A stretch of DNA of 64,000 nucleotides from Candidatus Babeliales bacterium (GCA_963743635.1 CAVUQO010000003.1:672001-736000), one strand, 5' to 3'; positions 51,395 to 61,236 are shown, numbered from the stretch's first letter. Numbers and translations: made by a program. The notes: a model not told the origin generated them from the letters alone.

Positions 51395-52315
51395 ATGGAA
51401 CAATCAGAATCTTTGGTATATCACAAGCCGGTACTTATGAGCGAGGTACTCGAATATCTCGCAATAAAGCCGGGTAAAACCTATGTGGACGTCACATTTG
51501 GAACGGGCGGTCATACGCGTGCTATTCTTGAAAAGGAACCGACCTGCTCCGTCATAGCGATTGACTGGGATGCGGACGAGCTGGAACGCTATGGTGGACC
51601 CCTTAAAGAAGAGTTTGGGGATCGGTTAACGTTAGTCTGGGGCAATTTTGCACTCCTTTATAAGTTATTGAAGAAAGCGGGTGCGCCAACAGTTGACGGT
51701 ATTTTAGCAGATTTTGGAACTTCCCAAATTCAAATCGCTGAACGTCATGGCGTATCATTTTCTCGGGATACCCCCCTTGATATGCGGTTATCGCCGGCAC
51801 ACTTTCAGGAAACAGCGGCGGACGTTGTAAACAAGATGCCGGAGAAAGACTTCAGGGAGCTTTTTTGGGAGCTTGGGGAAGAGCAATATGCACGTCCGAT
51901 AGCGCGCGCGATTGTGGCAGCTCGTGAAAAAAAACGAATAGAAACAACCGGACAATTAGTTGAAATTATCAAAAAAGCGATGCCAATAGCGGTCAAGAAA
52001 CGAAACACCCATCCTGCGACTAAAGTGTTTCAGGCCTTGCGGGTTTACGTGAATAAAGAGCTTGAAAATATGCAGTCATTTTTGGTGGCAGCCATCCGGG
52101 CTTTAAAACCGCAGGCTCGATTGGTATGCATTAGTTTCCATTCTCTTGAAGATCGCCAGGTTAAGCAGTTTTTTAAAGATCAGGAACGCTTGCTGACGCT
52201 TGATATTATTACTCCTAAGGTAGTTCGGGCGACCCCAGAAGAAGTTGCCCTGAATCCTTCCTCACGTTCAGCTTGCTTGCGAGTAGCGCAGAAAAAATAT
52301 AAAAGGGATCTATAA
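51395..52315 (+). CDS. rsmH: 16S rRNA m4C1402 methyltransferase
   Basis: HKPVL, DVTFGTGGH, PLDMR, HPATKVFQALR, ISFHSLEDR, NPSSRSA. Confidence 0.96.
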   Translation: MEQSESLVYHKPVLMSEVLEYLAIKPGKTYVDVTFGTGGHTRAILEKEPTCSVIAIDWDADELERYGGPLKEEFGDRLTLVWGNFALLYKLLKKAGAPTVDGILADFGTSQIQIAERHGVSFSRDTPLDMRLSPAHFQETAADVVNKMPEKDFRELFWELGEEQYARPIARAIVAAREKKRIETTGQLVEIIKKAMPIAVKKRNTHPATKVFQALRVYVNKELENMQSFLVAAIRALKPQARLVCISFHSLEDRQVKQFFKDQERLLTLDIITPKVVRATPEEVALNPSSRSACLRVAQKKYKRDL

Positions 52316-52320
52316 TTTGT

Positions 52321-52348
52321 TTGACAAAGACCCCTTATGCGATACACT
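52321..52348 (+). promoter_or_regulatory. Sigma70-type promoter of spoVG
   Basis: TTGACA-N16-TACACT. Confidence 0.55.
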
Positions 52349-52415
52349 AAAGGCATATGTTTCGGTAATGCCGATTTAAAGGAGAGATTACTCATATATC
52401 TCTTAAGGATGTGCG

Positions 52416-52706
52416 ATGGAGATTACAGAAGTAAAAGTTTATGCAGCAAAAGATAGTGGCCGTTTAAAAGCATACGCTACTATAGTCTTTGACAATAGCT
52501 TTATAATTAGAGATCTAAAGGTGATTGAAGGTGACAAAGGATTCTTTGTATCGATGCCATCACGTCGAAGAAAAGATGGCACGTTTAGAGATATCGTGCA
52601 TCCATTGAATTCTGAGACTCGAAAAAAGATCGAAGATAGAGTTGTTCAAGAATTCAAGAGCGTACAAGCTCGCGGGTTTGACACTCAGACCGAGTACGAC
52701 GAGTAA
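52416..52706 (+). CDS. spoVG: SpoVG family nucleic-acid-binding protein
   Basis: MEITEVKV, LKAYATIVFD, FVSMPSRR, FRDIVHPLN. Confidence 0.95.
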   Translation: MEITEVKVYAAKDSGRLKAYATIVFDNSFIIRDLKVIEGDKGFFVSMPSRRRKDGTFRDIVHPLNSETRKKIEDRVVQEFKSVQARGFDTQTEYDE

Positions 52707-52749
52707 TTCACCAGAATAATTTCGTCAGTTAAATTAGATAAAATTTTAG

Positions 52750-52821
52750 TGGGGCGTGGCCAAGTGGTAAGGCACCAGGTTTTGGTCCTGGCATTCGGAG
52801 GTTCGAATCCTTCCGCCCCAG
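52750..52821 (+). tRNA. tRNA-Gln (anticodon TTG); CCA not encoded
   Basis: Acceptor stem TGGGGCG/CGCCCCA, D-arm GCCAAGTGGTAAGGC, anticodon arm CCAGG-TTTTGGT-CCTGG, T-loop GTTCGAATC. Confidence 0.95.
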
Positions 52822-53193
52822 CATTCCTGCGTCAAGGCTACGGCTGGGCGCGATCAGATCTGCCTGAAATTACGGCTGATCTATATAGGGAGGGTTCCTG
52901 AGGCAATTTTACATTTTGTTGTTAACGCTCTGTTAGCAACGTTTCACGAAAAACAGTCTGTTTATAATCCGTGAATATGCACCTCTTACAGTGCATGTCT
53001 TTGTGGCACGTCGTTTATAATGGTTTTTTGTTAATTATATGCTATAATAACGAATATATTTCCCCCTAACGTTTCAATCCAATCGAGCTTATTTTTTAAA
53101 AAGTGTTGTTGTTCAATATAAAGTATTACCTACTTTTTCTCATTGGCGCGCCATTTTTTAGGAGAAGCCCATTTTCTTATCTAAGGAGCAACG

Positions 53194-54780
53194 ATGAATT
53201 GCTTATTAAACCTTGTGCTCTTCTGCGCACTGAGCGTCAGCTCTTTGTTCGGTTCGGCCACTATTGACAGCGCATTAGTCGATGCGCAAACCTGTTATGA
53301 TTTGGATCTAGTACCATCAGGAAAAAATAGTCTCAGTCTATTTTTTGATAAAACGGTTACCAAACGAGGCGCCATTCAGCTTAATACTTTTTTACTCAAC
53401 CCAACGGATGATCAGGCTACGTTGCTCAAGCGTCAACGCCATGTGCGTTTTTTAGTTGATCATGCTGATTTGTCGACTTCTTTACAGAACGAGCTTGTAG
53501 GCCTTGCGGCTTATGAACCGACTGCACAAGAATATGTCAGCAATCAATTGGGAGAACAGTCATTAGATCGAGTCTATTTCACCTGGTCGAAACTCAAGCA
53601 GTTCAATACCAATCCATATGCACTTGATTTTGCCTACGGTATGCACATTACTGCTATGTTGGCGCCTTTTGTAGAGCACGTGCTGATACATCTTGGCATT
53701 GATATATTGGCCAATGGTAGTCATGTAGGATGCAGTCATGCGCATCATAATCATGCCGCCAGCAAAGCAACCTATTATGGCTTGCAAGCATTCCACTGGG
53801 GCTTACATGCACCAGGACTATATGACATGGCATGCGACATTAAAGATCGCGCGTTGATGATAAAATATGTCCAAGCGCAAACGATTCGCATTGCAGAGTA
53901 TGTTCACCGTGCTGAAAATGTTTACAAGCTATTGAAAAAATCTGATGCGGATGCGAATGATTTTTCGCCATATGCAGAGTTGGATTATTTCTTTGGAAAT
54001 CCAGCGGCTTGTTCCGATTCGTTCAAGAAGCTTATGGAACTTTTAAAAACGTCAACGTTTCAAGGTGAGGCTTCTGTCTGGAGTCATGTAGGAAATGTCC
54101 TTGCCGCATACAAACTGTATGGCAGTGTGCAAGATGAATTTGAGCGACTCGCCAAGGCAATAAGCGAGATTGATGTGTATTTGAGTGCGGCTACGTTTGT
54201 CAGGGAACAAACGTCAGAGCAGCCGTGGTGTTTTGCAACCTTTAGTGCCGACACAAAACCAAAGCTTGAGATAGAAAATGTGCGTCATCTTTTCATAGTA
54301 GACAGTAAGCCCTTAGATTATTCCTCAGATAAATCATTGCGAACACTGGTAACGGGCGATAATGGCTCTGGTAAATCCACCTATCTGATGAGTATTGGTC
54401 AGGCAATTATACTTGCGCAAACCTTTGGTATTGTGCCGGCAAAACGCTGTGAAATCACGCCGTTTTCTCATATCCATACGTTCCGATATATTCACGATAA
54501 TATGTCTGAAGGCACTTCACGCTTTTATGCAGAATGTGCACGCGTCGATACCATTATCGAGACCATAAGCAGCGATGCAAAACCTGCATGCGTTATCTTT
54601 GATGAACCATTTTCGCATACCAATGCTGAAAAAGGTACTACTTGTTTACAAAAATCGCTTGCTGATATTAGTGTGCTTGATAATGCAATTAGCCTCGTGG
54701 CAACTCATTATCATGATTTTGGCACTGTAGTAGAGGATGCATGGAACGTGAAAGAACTTCCTGTGCGTGTATCGGCGTAG
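53194..54780 (+). CDS. MutS-related ATPase (domains III/V only) with an N-terminal signal peptide
   Basis: TKRGAIQL...NPTDD...KRQ, Walker A TGDNGSGKST, LAQTFGIVPA, SRFYAE, Walker B IFDEPFSHTN, ATH; no mismatch-recognition domain. Confidence 0.85.
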   Translation: MNCLLNLVLFCALSVSSLFGSATIDSALVDAQTCYDLDLVPSGKNSLSLFFDKTVTKRGAIQLNTFLLNPTDDQATLLKRQRHVRFLVDHADLSTSLQNELVGLAAYEPTAQEYVSNQLGEQSLDRVYFTWSKLKQFNTNPYALDFAYGMHITAMLAPFVEHVLIHLGIDILANGSHVGCSHAHHNHAASKATYYGLQAFHWGLHAPGLYDMACDIKDRALMIKYVQAQTIRIAEYVHRAENVYKLLKKSDADANDFSPYAELDYFFGNPAACSDSFKKLMELLKTSTFQGEASVWSHVGNVLAAYKLYGSVQDEFERLAKAISEIDVYLSAATFVREQTSEQPWCFATFSADTKPKLEIENVRHLFIVDSKPLDYSSDKSLRTLVTGDNGSGKSTYLMSIGQAIILAQTFGIVPAKRCEITPFSHIHTFRYIHDNMSEGTSRFYAECARVDTIIETISSDAKPACVIFDEPFSHTNAEKGTTCLQKSLADISVLDNAISLVATHYHDFGTVVEDAWNVKELPVRVSA

Positions 54781-54810
54781 AAGATCACTATTGATCTTGT
54801 AATAATGTAG

Positions 54811-54856
54811 AAAAACGAGCTGAAATGGTGAGAGCTTCACCGCTTCAGCTCGTTTT
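54811..54856. terminator. Bidirectional terminator
   Basis: AAAACGAGCTGAA...TTCAGCTCGTTTT between convergent genes. Confidence 0.75.
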
Positions 54857-54882
54857 GTTTTTCGCATTTATATTTTTTAAAA

Positions 54883-55275
54883 TTATTTAAGTTCTGGTAT
54901 GTCAAAAGCATTCATTAAGGCTTTTGTGCTGGATTTTGTTAATGCGCCCCCAACAAAGGTAACGCCCGCATATGCAGCAGCGAGAGCTATTGCAGGAATG
55001 GCTGGGTTAGTTTTGATAATCATATTTTTTATTTCTGGAGTGATACTTTCATCGCATCTAACTTTGTCGAGGTTGCTATATAACATGTGCAGGAAACATG
55101 CAGCATACACAGCAATTGGAGTCGTAACGCATCCAGTAAGAAGGTATGCATTGTGATTGGTGATTTGCAAGGGAGTGGCTGCCAATTTGCCGTACCATGT
55201 TTCGGGCTGAGCAGATATCGTTGACGATACGGTTATCGCGGTGATGATCAGTAATGAGAGAACTATTTTCTTCAT
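54883..55275 (-). CDS. Hypothetical secreted or membrane protein
   Basis: MKKIVLSLLII signal peptide plus two hydrophobic segments. Confidence 0.7.
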   Translation of the reverse strand: MKKIVLSLLIITAITVSSTISAQPETWYGKLAATPLQITNHNAYLLTGCVTTPIAVYAACFLHMLYSNLDKVRCDESITPEIKNMIIKTNPAIPAIALAAAYAGVTFVGGALTKSSTKALMNAFDIPELK

Positions 55276-55685
55276 AGAATCTTTCGGAATTAATGGTTTT
55301 AAAATTTGCCCATTCATTATACTGTTTAGTACTATGTGCTGCAAATATCAACGATAAATATCAACTATTTTAACCTGAAGTGCTGGCTAGAATAGCCGAT
55401 CAGCAGATTGAGAGAGGCTGTTAGTCGCTTGACAAAAAAGACCCATTCGTGTTCAATAGTATCTAAATCACATCTTTTTATCGATGCGGGGTAACCTATC
55501 ATGAACATCTAAAGCACATTCTTTTTTGTAGACATGCGTTTTTTGGGCGTTGTGTACGAATATGTGTTGAGATATTCTCAGGTTATTACTCTTCTTTTCC
55601 CATCAGATATTATCACCAATTTTTGTTACATTGCGTCCGCTGCTCAGGTAGATCTGGGTAGTTTTATGTACTAAGGAATATTATT

Positions 55686-56432
55686 ATGTTGTTACTTTCT
55701 ATAAAAAAAGTGAGCAAAGTGTACCCCGTGCAGGGCGGCTCACGTGTAGCTTTGAATCAGGTCTCTCTTGATATTCAGGCGGGTGAAGTTTTGAGTTTGC
55801 TCGGTGTGAATGGCGCCGGCAAGACGACGCTCTCTTCAATCGTGGCAACGTTGCATCCGCCAACGTCAGGCGACGTTGAATATCGTGGCGAATCAATTTA
55901 TCGCGATATCCCTGAATTTCGCCGCAAGATTGGCTATTGTCCACAACAACCCAATCTCAATCCAATGTTAACGCTTGAGGAAAATTTGGTATTTGCGGGC
56001 CGTTATTATGGCCTTGCGGAAGACGAGATTGCAGCGCGTGTGAAAAAGCTTGTCGAGCAATTTGAGTTGGGCAAATATCTGGGCGAGAAGGCGTCAGTGC
56101 TTTCTGGTGGGTATAAGCAACGCTTTATGATTGCGCGCAGCTTGATACACAATCCTGAGTTTATCATTCTTGATGAACCAACGGTTGGACTTGATCCGCA
56201 TATCAGACGTCAATTATGGGATGTGATTCGCGATCTGAAGAAAGATGGCATTACCGTCTTGCTCACAACGCACTATCTTGATGAAGCTGAAAAGCTTTCG
56301 GATCGCGTCTGTATTCTTGATAAGGGTCAGATTTTGCTGATCGATACGCCGGACAAATTGATGGCTGATTTCAAGCAAAACAATCTTGAAGATGTATTTA
56401 TTGAGCTGCTCAACGCAGGGCAACAGTCATAA
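55686..56432 (+). CDS. ABC exporter ATP-binding subunit (DrrA/NodI-like)
   Basis: GVNGAGKTT, LSGGYKQR, ILDEPTVGLDP, TTHYLDEAE. Confidence 0.95.
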   Translation: MLLLSIKKVSKVYPVQGGSRVALNQVSLDIQAGEVLSLLGVNGAGKTTLSSIVATLHPPTSGDVEYRGESIYRDIPEFRRKIGYCPQQPNLNPMLTLEENLVFAGRYYGLAEDEIAARVKKLVEQFELGKYLGEKASVLSGGYKQRFMIARSLIHNPEFIILDEPTVGLDPHIRRQLWDVIRDLKKDGITVLLTTHYLDEAEKLSDRVCILDKGQILLIDTPDKLMADFKQNNLEDVFIELLNAGQQS

Positions 56433-56448
56433 CGAGCGAAAGAATTAT

Positions 56449-57231
56449 ATGAATACACAACGTTATTTAGATACCTGTAAAAATCTGGTTTGGGCCGATT
56501 TGTGTATCTTAAAACAAAATCTCTTGGATAAAGTTATTGATATTGGTATTTGGGTTGTGCTCACGATTTTCGTGACGGGCTACATTATGCCATTTTTTGG
56601 ACTCGCTAATTTTGGTCCATTTCAGTTTGGCGGTGTAATCGCCGCCATTGGTCTTTTTGAGTTATATTCAAGCGTGGTTGATTTGGTGGCCGATCTTGAA
56701 GGTGATCGGATGATCAATTATAATTTGACTCTTCCGATACCATCAGTGTTGGCGCTTATAAGTAAATCATTCTATTACTTTTTGCTTTACGCGACGCTGA
56801 CAACGCTGATGCTTCCTATTGGCGGTGCGTGTCTCTGGACTCAATTAGATCTCATGCACGTTTCTTATTTCAAGCTTGCACTCGCAATACTTTTTCAAAG
56901 TATGTTCTATGGATGTTTTGTACTTTGGGCTGGAAGCGTGGTTGCAAACATGAGCAAGTTAGGAACCGTCTGGTGCCGTTTTATATTCCCAATGTGGTTT
57001 ATGGGCGGGTTCCAATTTTCTTGGTTGTCGCTTTATAACGTAGTGCCCGTCATTGCCTATATTAATGCGATCAATCCAATGATCTACGTGACTGAAAGTA
57101 CGCGTGCTGCATTGCTTGGGCAAGAAGGATATGCAAACTTCTGGGTGTGTCTCGTCGCGATAACCGGATTTTCAGCATTGAGTTTAACGCTCGGGATCCG
57201 TAATTTAAAAAAGCGTCTCGATTTTGTATAA
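56449..57231 (+). CDS. ABC-2 type transporter permease
   Basis: About six TM segments, INPMIYVTESTR motif, adjacent to the ATPase. Confidence 0.88.
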   Translation: MNTQRYLDTCKNLVWADLCILKQNLLDKVIDIGIWVVLTIFVTGYIMPFFGLANFGPFQFGGVIAAIGLFELYSSVVDLVADLEGDRMINYNLTLPIPSVLALISKSFYYFLLYATLTTLMLPIGGACLWTQLDLMHVSYFKLALAILFQSMFYGCFVLWAGSVVANMSKLGTVWCRFIFPMWFMGGFQFSWLSLYNVVPVIAYINAINPMIYVTESTRAALLGQEGYANFWVCLVAITGFSALSLTLGIRNLKKRLDFV

Positions 57232-57238
57232 AAAACGT

Positions 57239-57267
57239 GAGGGAGCGTAACTGCTCCCTCTTTTTTT
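57239..57267 (+). terminator. Intrinsic terminator
   Basis: GAGGGAGC...GCTCCCTC followed by T7. Confidence 0.8.
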
Positions 57268-57293
57268 GTGTGCATCATTCTGGATGCAATAAT

Positions 57294-57866
57294 TTATTCT
57301 TCTAGCGAAGGAACATTTGGATACTCAAGATCCGTGCGATATTCTTTGATTATTTTTTTGCAGTTGGCTGCTTGGCACAGGCAAGTAAAATTCCAGGTGT
57401 CTGGCCAAGGGAAGTTGGGTATGAATGCATCGTAAGAGGTTGTGAGTTCGGTTCCTTTTTCTACATCACGATTGGTGATGATTTGCAATGTAGTGCTCAT
57501 ATCACAATTAGGATCGCATGAGTGATTACAAAAAGCCCACTTGCCGCGAACCTTGCCCCATGTAGGCGTGCCATCAGGGGCGACTTCCATGAGGGCAATA
57601 TGAATCTGATCAGGATTATCCGCTATATATGGTTTATCAGTTTTTTCTAAGTCAGCGGTTGCTACGATTGTTCCCTTTTTTAAATCGCGTGCGGCTCTCA
57701 AGCATAAGCCAAAGTGATTGTGGTCAACGTATGAGGGATATTGTGGTTGAATCTTTGCGTATCGGTCCATATTAATCGCCGTGGTTAAGGGTTCATTGTT
57801 GTCGTTTGTTTCGGCAAGTATGCAAGGTGTAATGAGTAAGGTTAAAAGATAGCTGAGCTTATTCAT
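57294..57866 (-). CDS. SET-domain protein-lysine methyltransferase with a post-SET motif and a signal peptide
   Basis: GLCLRAARDLKKG, FCNHSCDPNC, RDVEKGTELTTSY, CLCQAANC. Confidence 0.9.
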   Translation of the reverse strand: MNKLSYLLTLLITPCILAETNDNNEPLTTAINMDRYAKIQPQYPSYVDHNHFGLCLRAARDLKKGTIVATADLEKTDKPYIADNPDQIHIALMEVAPDGTPTWGKVRGKWAFCNHSCDPNCDMSTTLQIITNRDVEKGTELTTSYDAFIPNFPWPDTWNFTCLCQAANCKKIIKEYRTDLEYPNVPSLEE

Positions 57867-58035
57867 GAAAAATCCTTTCAAGTAGGTTGTAAATGCGACA
57901 TAAAGAATATCAGAATTTGTTTTTTGAGCAATGTGCGTTATGTGGGCTTTATTATTTGCATCTTAACCTTATCTATATCTTTGATTATACTGGTTATTCG
58001 TACCTATCTTTGCACGTAACAAACAAAGGATCTCA

Positions 58036-58647
58036 GTGCCCATGAAAAACATTCTTTTACTCGGTTCAAAATCATATTCTCGAAAATTGCTGCTCGATTA
58101 TGCACGCATCCCATATCAAGTGATTGAACAGGAGGCGGATGAATCGCAATGCGATTGGGGCTTGCCGATGCCGCAGGTAGTTGCCAATATTGCCTTATAC
58201 AAAATGAATCACGTCATTATGCCAGGCGGCAAAGAGGGCGATGTAGCCTACGTGTTAACGGCTGACACGTTATCGCAAGAGCGTGATGGTACTATTGGCG
58301 GCAAGCCAGAAAATCTGCAGGATGCCATTGAAAAGATACGGCGCGCGCGTGGGGGAATGCGTACGGGAACGGCGTTTTGCGTCGATAAACGAGAATGGAG
58401 AGGCGGAGAATGGCAGGTCACACAGCGCATTCAGCAGTACGTGGAAGCCGCATATATCTTTGATATCCCAGAAGCGTGGATCGATCGTTACATAGCAAAT
58501 ACGATTGCACTGAGCGCCTCCCAGGCCATAGCGATAGAAGAATATGGTGCGCAGTTTCTCAGGGAAGTTCAGGGATCATATACGGCGATCGTTGGTTTGC
58601 CTCTTTTTGAGGTGCGTGAAGCGCTTGAAGAGCTTGGATTTTTTTAG
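58036..58647 (+). CDS. maf: Maf family nucleoside triphosphate pyrophosphatase
   Basis: LLLGSKSYSRKLLL, DE, LTADT, GKP, GSYTAIVGLP. Confidence 0.9.
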   Translation: MPMKNILLLGSKSYSRKLLLDYARIPYQVIEQEADESQCDWGLPMPQVVANIALYKMNHVIMPGGKEGDVAYVLTADTLSQERDGTIGGKPENLQDAIEKIRRARGGMRTGTAFCVDKREWRGGEWQVTQRIQQYVEAAYIFDIPEAWIDRYIANTIALSASQAIAIEEYGAQFLREVQGSYTAIVGLPLFEVREALEELGFF

Positions 58648-58670
58648 GATTTATTAAATAAGGGTATCCC

Positions 58671-59390
58671 ATGGTTAGTGTAAGAATATTGTATGTGTAT
58701 TTGTTGAGTGTTTCATTTACGGGAGCGCAACTTTACGCATTTCCTCAGGCAGTGACGAAATTAGCAGCATTGCGCGCAAGAGCGCAGAATCTTAAGCATT
58801 TGGTTGCTCAGGAATATGAAAAAGAGGGGATTATCAGAAAAGTGACAATTGGTGTTGTTGACCTTCCACCAGAGCATGCTGAGGATGGGGGTTTCTGTGT
58901 GGATGGGGGTTTCTGTGTGGCGCTTCCGTATACCAGATATCGGCACATTTGTTTAAATAGTGCAATTCAAAATTTCAAGGAACCTGCGCAAAATTGGACG
59001 ATACTACACGAGTTGTCACATGCATATGACCCTTTTGTGGTAAAAAAATATTTGGGATTCAAGGGCATTCAGACGCAGTACCCTCATTTAAAGCAGTATG
59101 TGGATGCATATGCTGCTAAGATGTTATTGTCCGGCAAAATGGTTACTGACGAAGAAATTGCTGGCATAGAGCCCGCAGAGTGGCATGCAGATTGGAATGC
59201 GATACGGTTGATTAAAAAACATATGCCGGATGACATTGAAGGTTTAATTATACATTGGAACATGCAAGCTGTATTTGGAATAATTGACGCACCAGGATAT
59301 CCACCACGTGAAATGCGAGTGGAATGGCTTAGGGAGGACCAGGCTCCCATAATAGCCAAGTATATGGAAACTATAAAAGACCTCCGATAA
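58671..59390 (+). CDS. Secreted HEXXH zinc metallopeptidase-like protein
   Basis: Signal peptide; ILHELSH and a downstream EWHADW motif. Confidence 0.7.
   Translation: MVSVRILYVYLLSVSFTGAQLYAFPQAVTKLAALRARAQNLKHLVAQEYEKEGIIRKVTIGVVDLPPEHAEDGGFCVDGGFCVALPYTRYRHICLNSAIQNFKEPAQNWTILHELSHAYDPFVVKKYLGFKGIQTQYPHLKQYVDAYAAKMLLSGKMVTDEEIAGIEPAEWHADWNAIRLIKKHMPDDIEGLIIHWNMQAVFGIIDAPGYPPREMRVEWLREDQAPIIAKYMETIKDLR
58883..58918 (+). repeat. Exact in-frame 18-bp tandem duplication (DGGFCV x2)
   Basis: GGATGGGGGTTTCTGTGT repeated twice. Confidence 0.9.
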
Positions 59391-59491
59391 CCTCAAAGCA
59401 TCAGGCGCCATAGTTTTCGAGCCTTCGGGCTGGCATCTTTAAATTGGGCTTTTAGGCCCTAAGTATAGCCAAAACAGCCATGTTTTACCCT

Positions 59492-59522
59492 GGGCACCCC
59501 CTTTTGCGGGTGCCCTTTTTTT
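59492..59522 (+). terminator. Intrinsic terminator
   Basis: GGGCACCC...GGGTGCCC followed by a T-tract. Confidence 0.7.
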
Positions 59523-59624
59523 ATGCTATAATAAATACATATAGAAAATATAGCTCCAGATTGAGGGCCCCAAAGTAGGGGCATAAGGGCTTTATTGTTA
59601 ATGATCCAAAATGGAGGATTTATT

Positions 59625-59906
59625 ATGAAGAACCTTTTAAGAAACGCGTTAGTTATGTGCGCATTGATGACAGGAATTGCATCAACTCTTGAAGCAAGAC
59701 CGCATAGACACCGTGGGCATCGCGCTCCTCGTGTAAGTGTGCAGTTTGTAACAAGACCAGCATACTATGCACCAGTGCCATACTATAGACCGGTACAATA
59801 CTTTGCTCCAGTACCATGTGTTGTTCCCGTGCAGCGTGTTGTGCGCGTACATCGTCAACCGAGCTTTCGACCACAATTCGGATTCAATTTCGGTTTCGGA
59901 TTTTAA
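59625..59906 (+). CDS. Small secreted Arg/His/Pro/Tyr-rich protein ending FGFNFGFGF
   Basis: GGAGG RBS, signal peptide ending LEA, upstream extended -10 TGCTATAAT. Confidence 0.8.
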   Translation: MKNLLRNALVMCALMTGIASTLEARPHRHRGHRAPRVSVQFVTRPAYYAPVPYYRPVQYFAPVPCVVPVQRVVRVHRQPSFRPQFGFNFGFGF

Positions 59907-59930
59907 GAATAACTTATGATTGAGATACTC

Positions 59931-60620
59931 ATGAACACTATAAACCATAAGTTTTTATTCATATTCGTACGGGCGCTTTTTATAGGCGCCCTTTGCACCA
60001 CTATTGCCCAAGCAGCTCCCACCAAAGATCAAAAAAAATTGTTGGAAAGGGCGCATGAACTTGTTGCGATTCTTGGTCAAGAGACTAGTGATCACGATGC
60101 TAAGATTGAATTTATAAAGTTTGAGATTGTCGATAAATCAGAATGCATAGATAAATCGGGCGCAACAGCGAGTGCATTTGTGGATGTTCATATTAAGATG
60201 AATCATCCAAATAAAGGCGCCAAGCGTTGTTGGCTTAAATTGAATTTCGATTCTTTACACAAAATAAGTCCCGCATTGCAAACGTTTATCATCTTTCATG
60301 AATTAGCCCATGTATATGACAAGTCTTTGTCGGATGCTGGACTAAGCGGAGAAGAGGATGCGCCAGTTGATTGTTATCCCGCGCTTAAAGAAGCTATAGA
60401 ATATTGTCGGACAAAATGGAAATCTGAGTCTTTAGTAATGAGTTCGAGTGAATGGCATGCAGATTGGCAAGCAGCCCAATGGATGAAAAAATATGCCGCA
60501 GAGCACGTAACAGCGTTGCACCGCCATCATCAAGAAAAGAAACTGATTCAAGATAGGGTAGGGATAAGCTCATTCGAATATGCACCTGCTGAGATAGTAT
60601 TAAAGTGGCTGTCGGAATAA
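59931..60620 (+). CDS. Secreted HEXXH metallopeptidase-like protein, paralog of 58671-59390
   Basis: Signal peptide ending AQA; IFHELAHVYD and EWHADW. Start could be 59916. Confidence 0.7.
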   Translation: MNTINHKFLFIFVRALFIGALCTTIAQAAPTKDQKKLLERAHELVAILGQETSDHDAKIEFIKFEIVDKSECIDKSGATASAFVDVHIKMNHPNKGAKRCWLKLNFDSLHKISPALQTFIIFHELAHVYDKSLSDAGLSGEEDAPVDCYPALKEAIEYCRTKWKSESLVMSSSEWHADWQAAQWMKKYAAEHVTALHRHHQEKKLIQDRVGISSFEYAPAEIVLKWLSE

Positions 60621-60651
60621 TGGAAAGCTAATCTCATAATACATAGAAATT

Positions 60652-60684
60652 AAAAAAGGGCCCCGATTTGTTCGGGGCCCTTTT
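60652..60684. terminator. Bidirectional terminator
   Basis: AAAAAAGGGCCCCGA...TCGGGGCCCTTTT. Confidence 0.8.
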
Positions 60685-60687
60685 GCT

Positions 60688-61146
60688 TTAGTTCATTCTT
60701 GCTTTTTTATTTGGTTTCCAGCGCTTGAGCAGTTCCTCAAAAAGGAGTTGCTGTGCGTTAGCGTTTGGGTTTTTGGACATTTTGGTGGTTGCTTTTTCTA
60801 GGCTTGAACGAACGGTTGCAGTATCGCATACGGTTGAATCGATATGCTCCAATGCGGGCATAAGATTCTTTTCCTGTGCTTTGAGCATCGCTTGTTCATT
60901 AATCGTTTCAATCAAGAGTCCTTCTAGCAGACTAAAGAAATCCACAATCGAATCTTGCATCTCTTCGGCGATATGCATTTCGCCATCGGCGTAGTGCATA
61001 CGTTCGCGCAGACCCGCAGCAAGTGCTTTGCCCACGAGCTGCTTGAGCTCTTGGGAGCCATGCTCCACAATCCACTGTAAAAGGTGTAATAGTTCGTATG
61101 ATATAACGAACTGATTGTTTGTTGGTGTCATCATGTCGTCCTTCAT
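60688..61146 (-). CDS. Hypothetical cytoplasmic helical protein
   Basis: 152-codon ORF with an AAGGGA-like RBS, co-oriented with htpX. Confidence 0.7.
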   Translation of the reverse strand: MKDDMMTPTNNQFVISYELLHLLQWIVEHGSQELKQLVGKALAAGLRERMHYADGEMHIAEEMQDSIVDFFSLLEGLLIETINEQAMLKAQEKNLMPALEHIDSTVCDTATVRSSLEKATTKMSKNPNANAQQLLFEELLKRWKPNKKARMN

Positions 61147-61236
61147 AGCGTGTCCCTTCCGTTCATAGTGAACCCTACATCAATGCCCGTCCCATTTGGG
61201 GCATCATTATGTAGCCTTACACGTTTTGCATTCAAA

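Noticed and set aside
55534..55674. 46-codon possible leader peptide upstream of the ABC transporter
   Set aside because: It has no RBS, no attenuator structure and no recognisable motif.
52800..60700. Genomic island integrated at tRNA-Gln
   Set aside because: I found no integrase and no duplicated tRNA 3' end, and core genes such as maf are interspersed.
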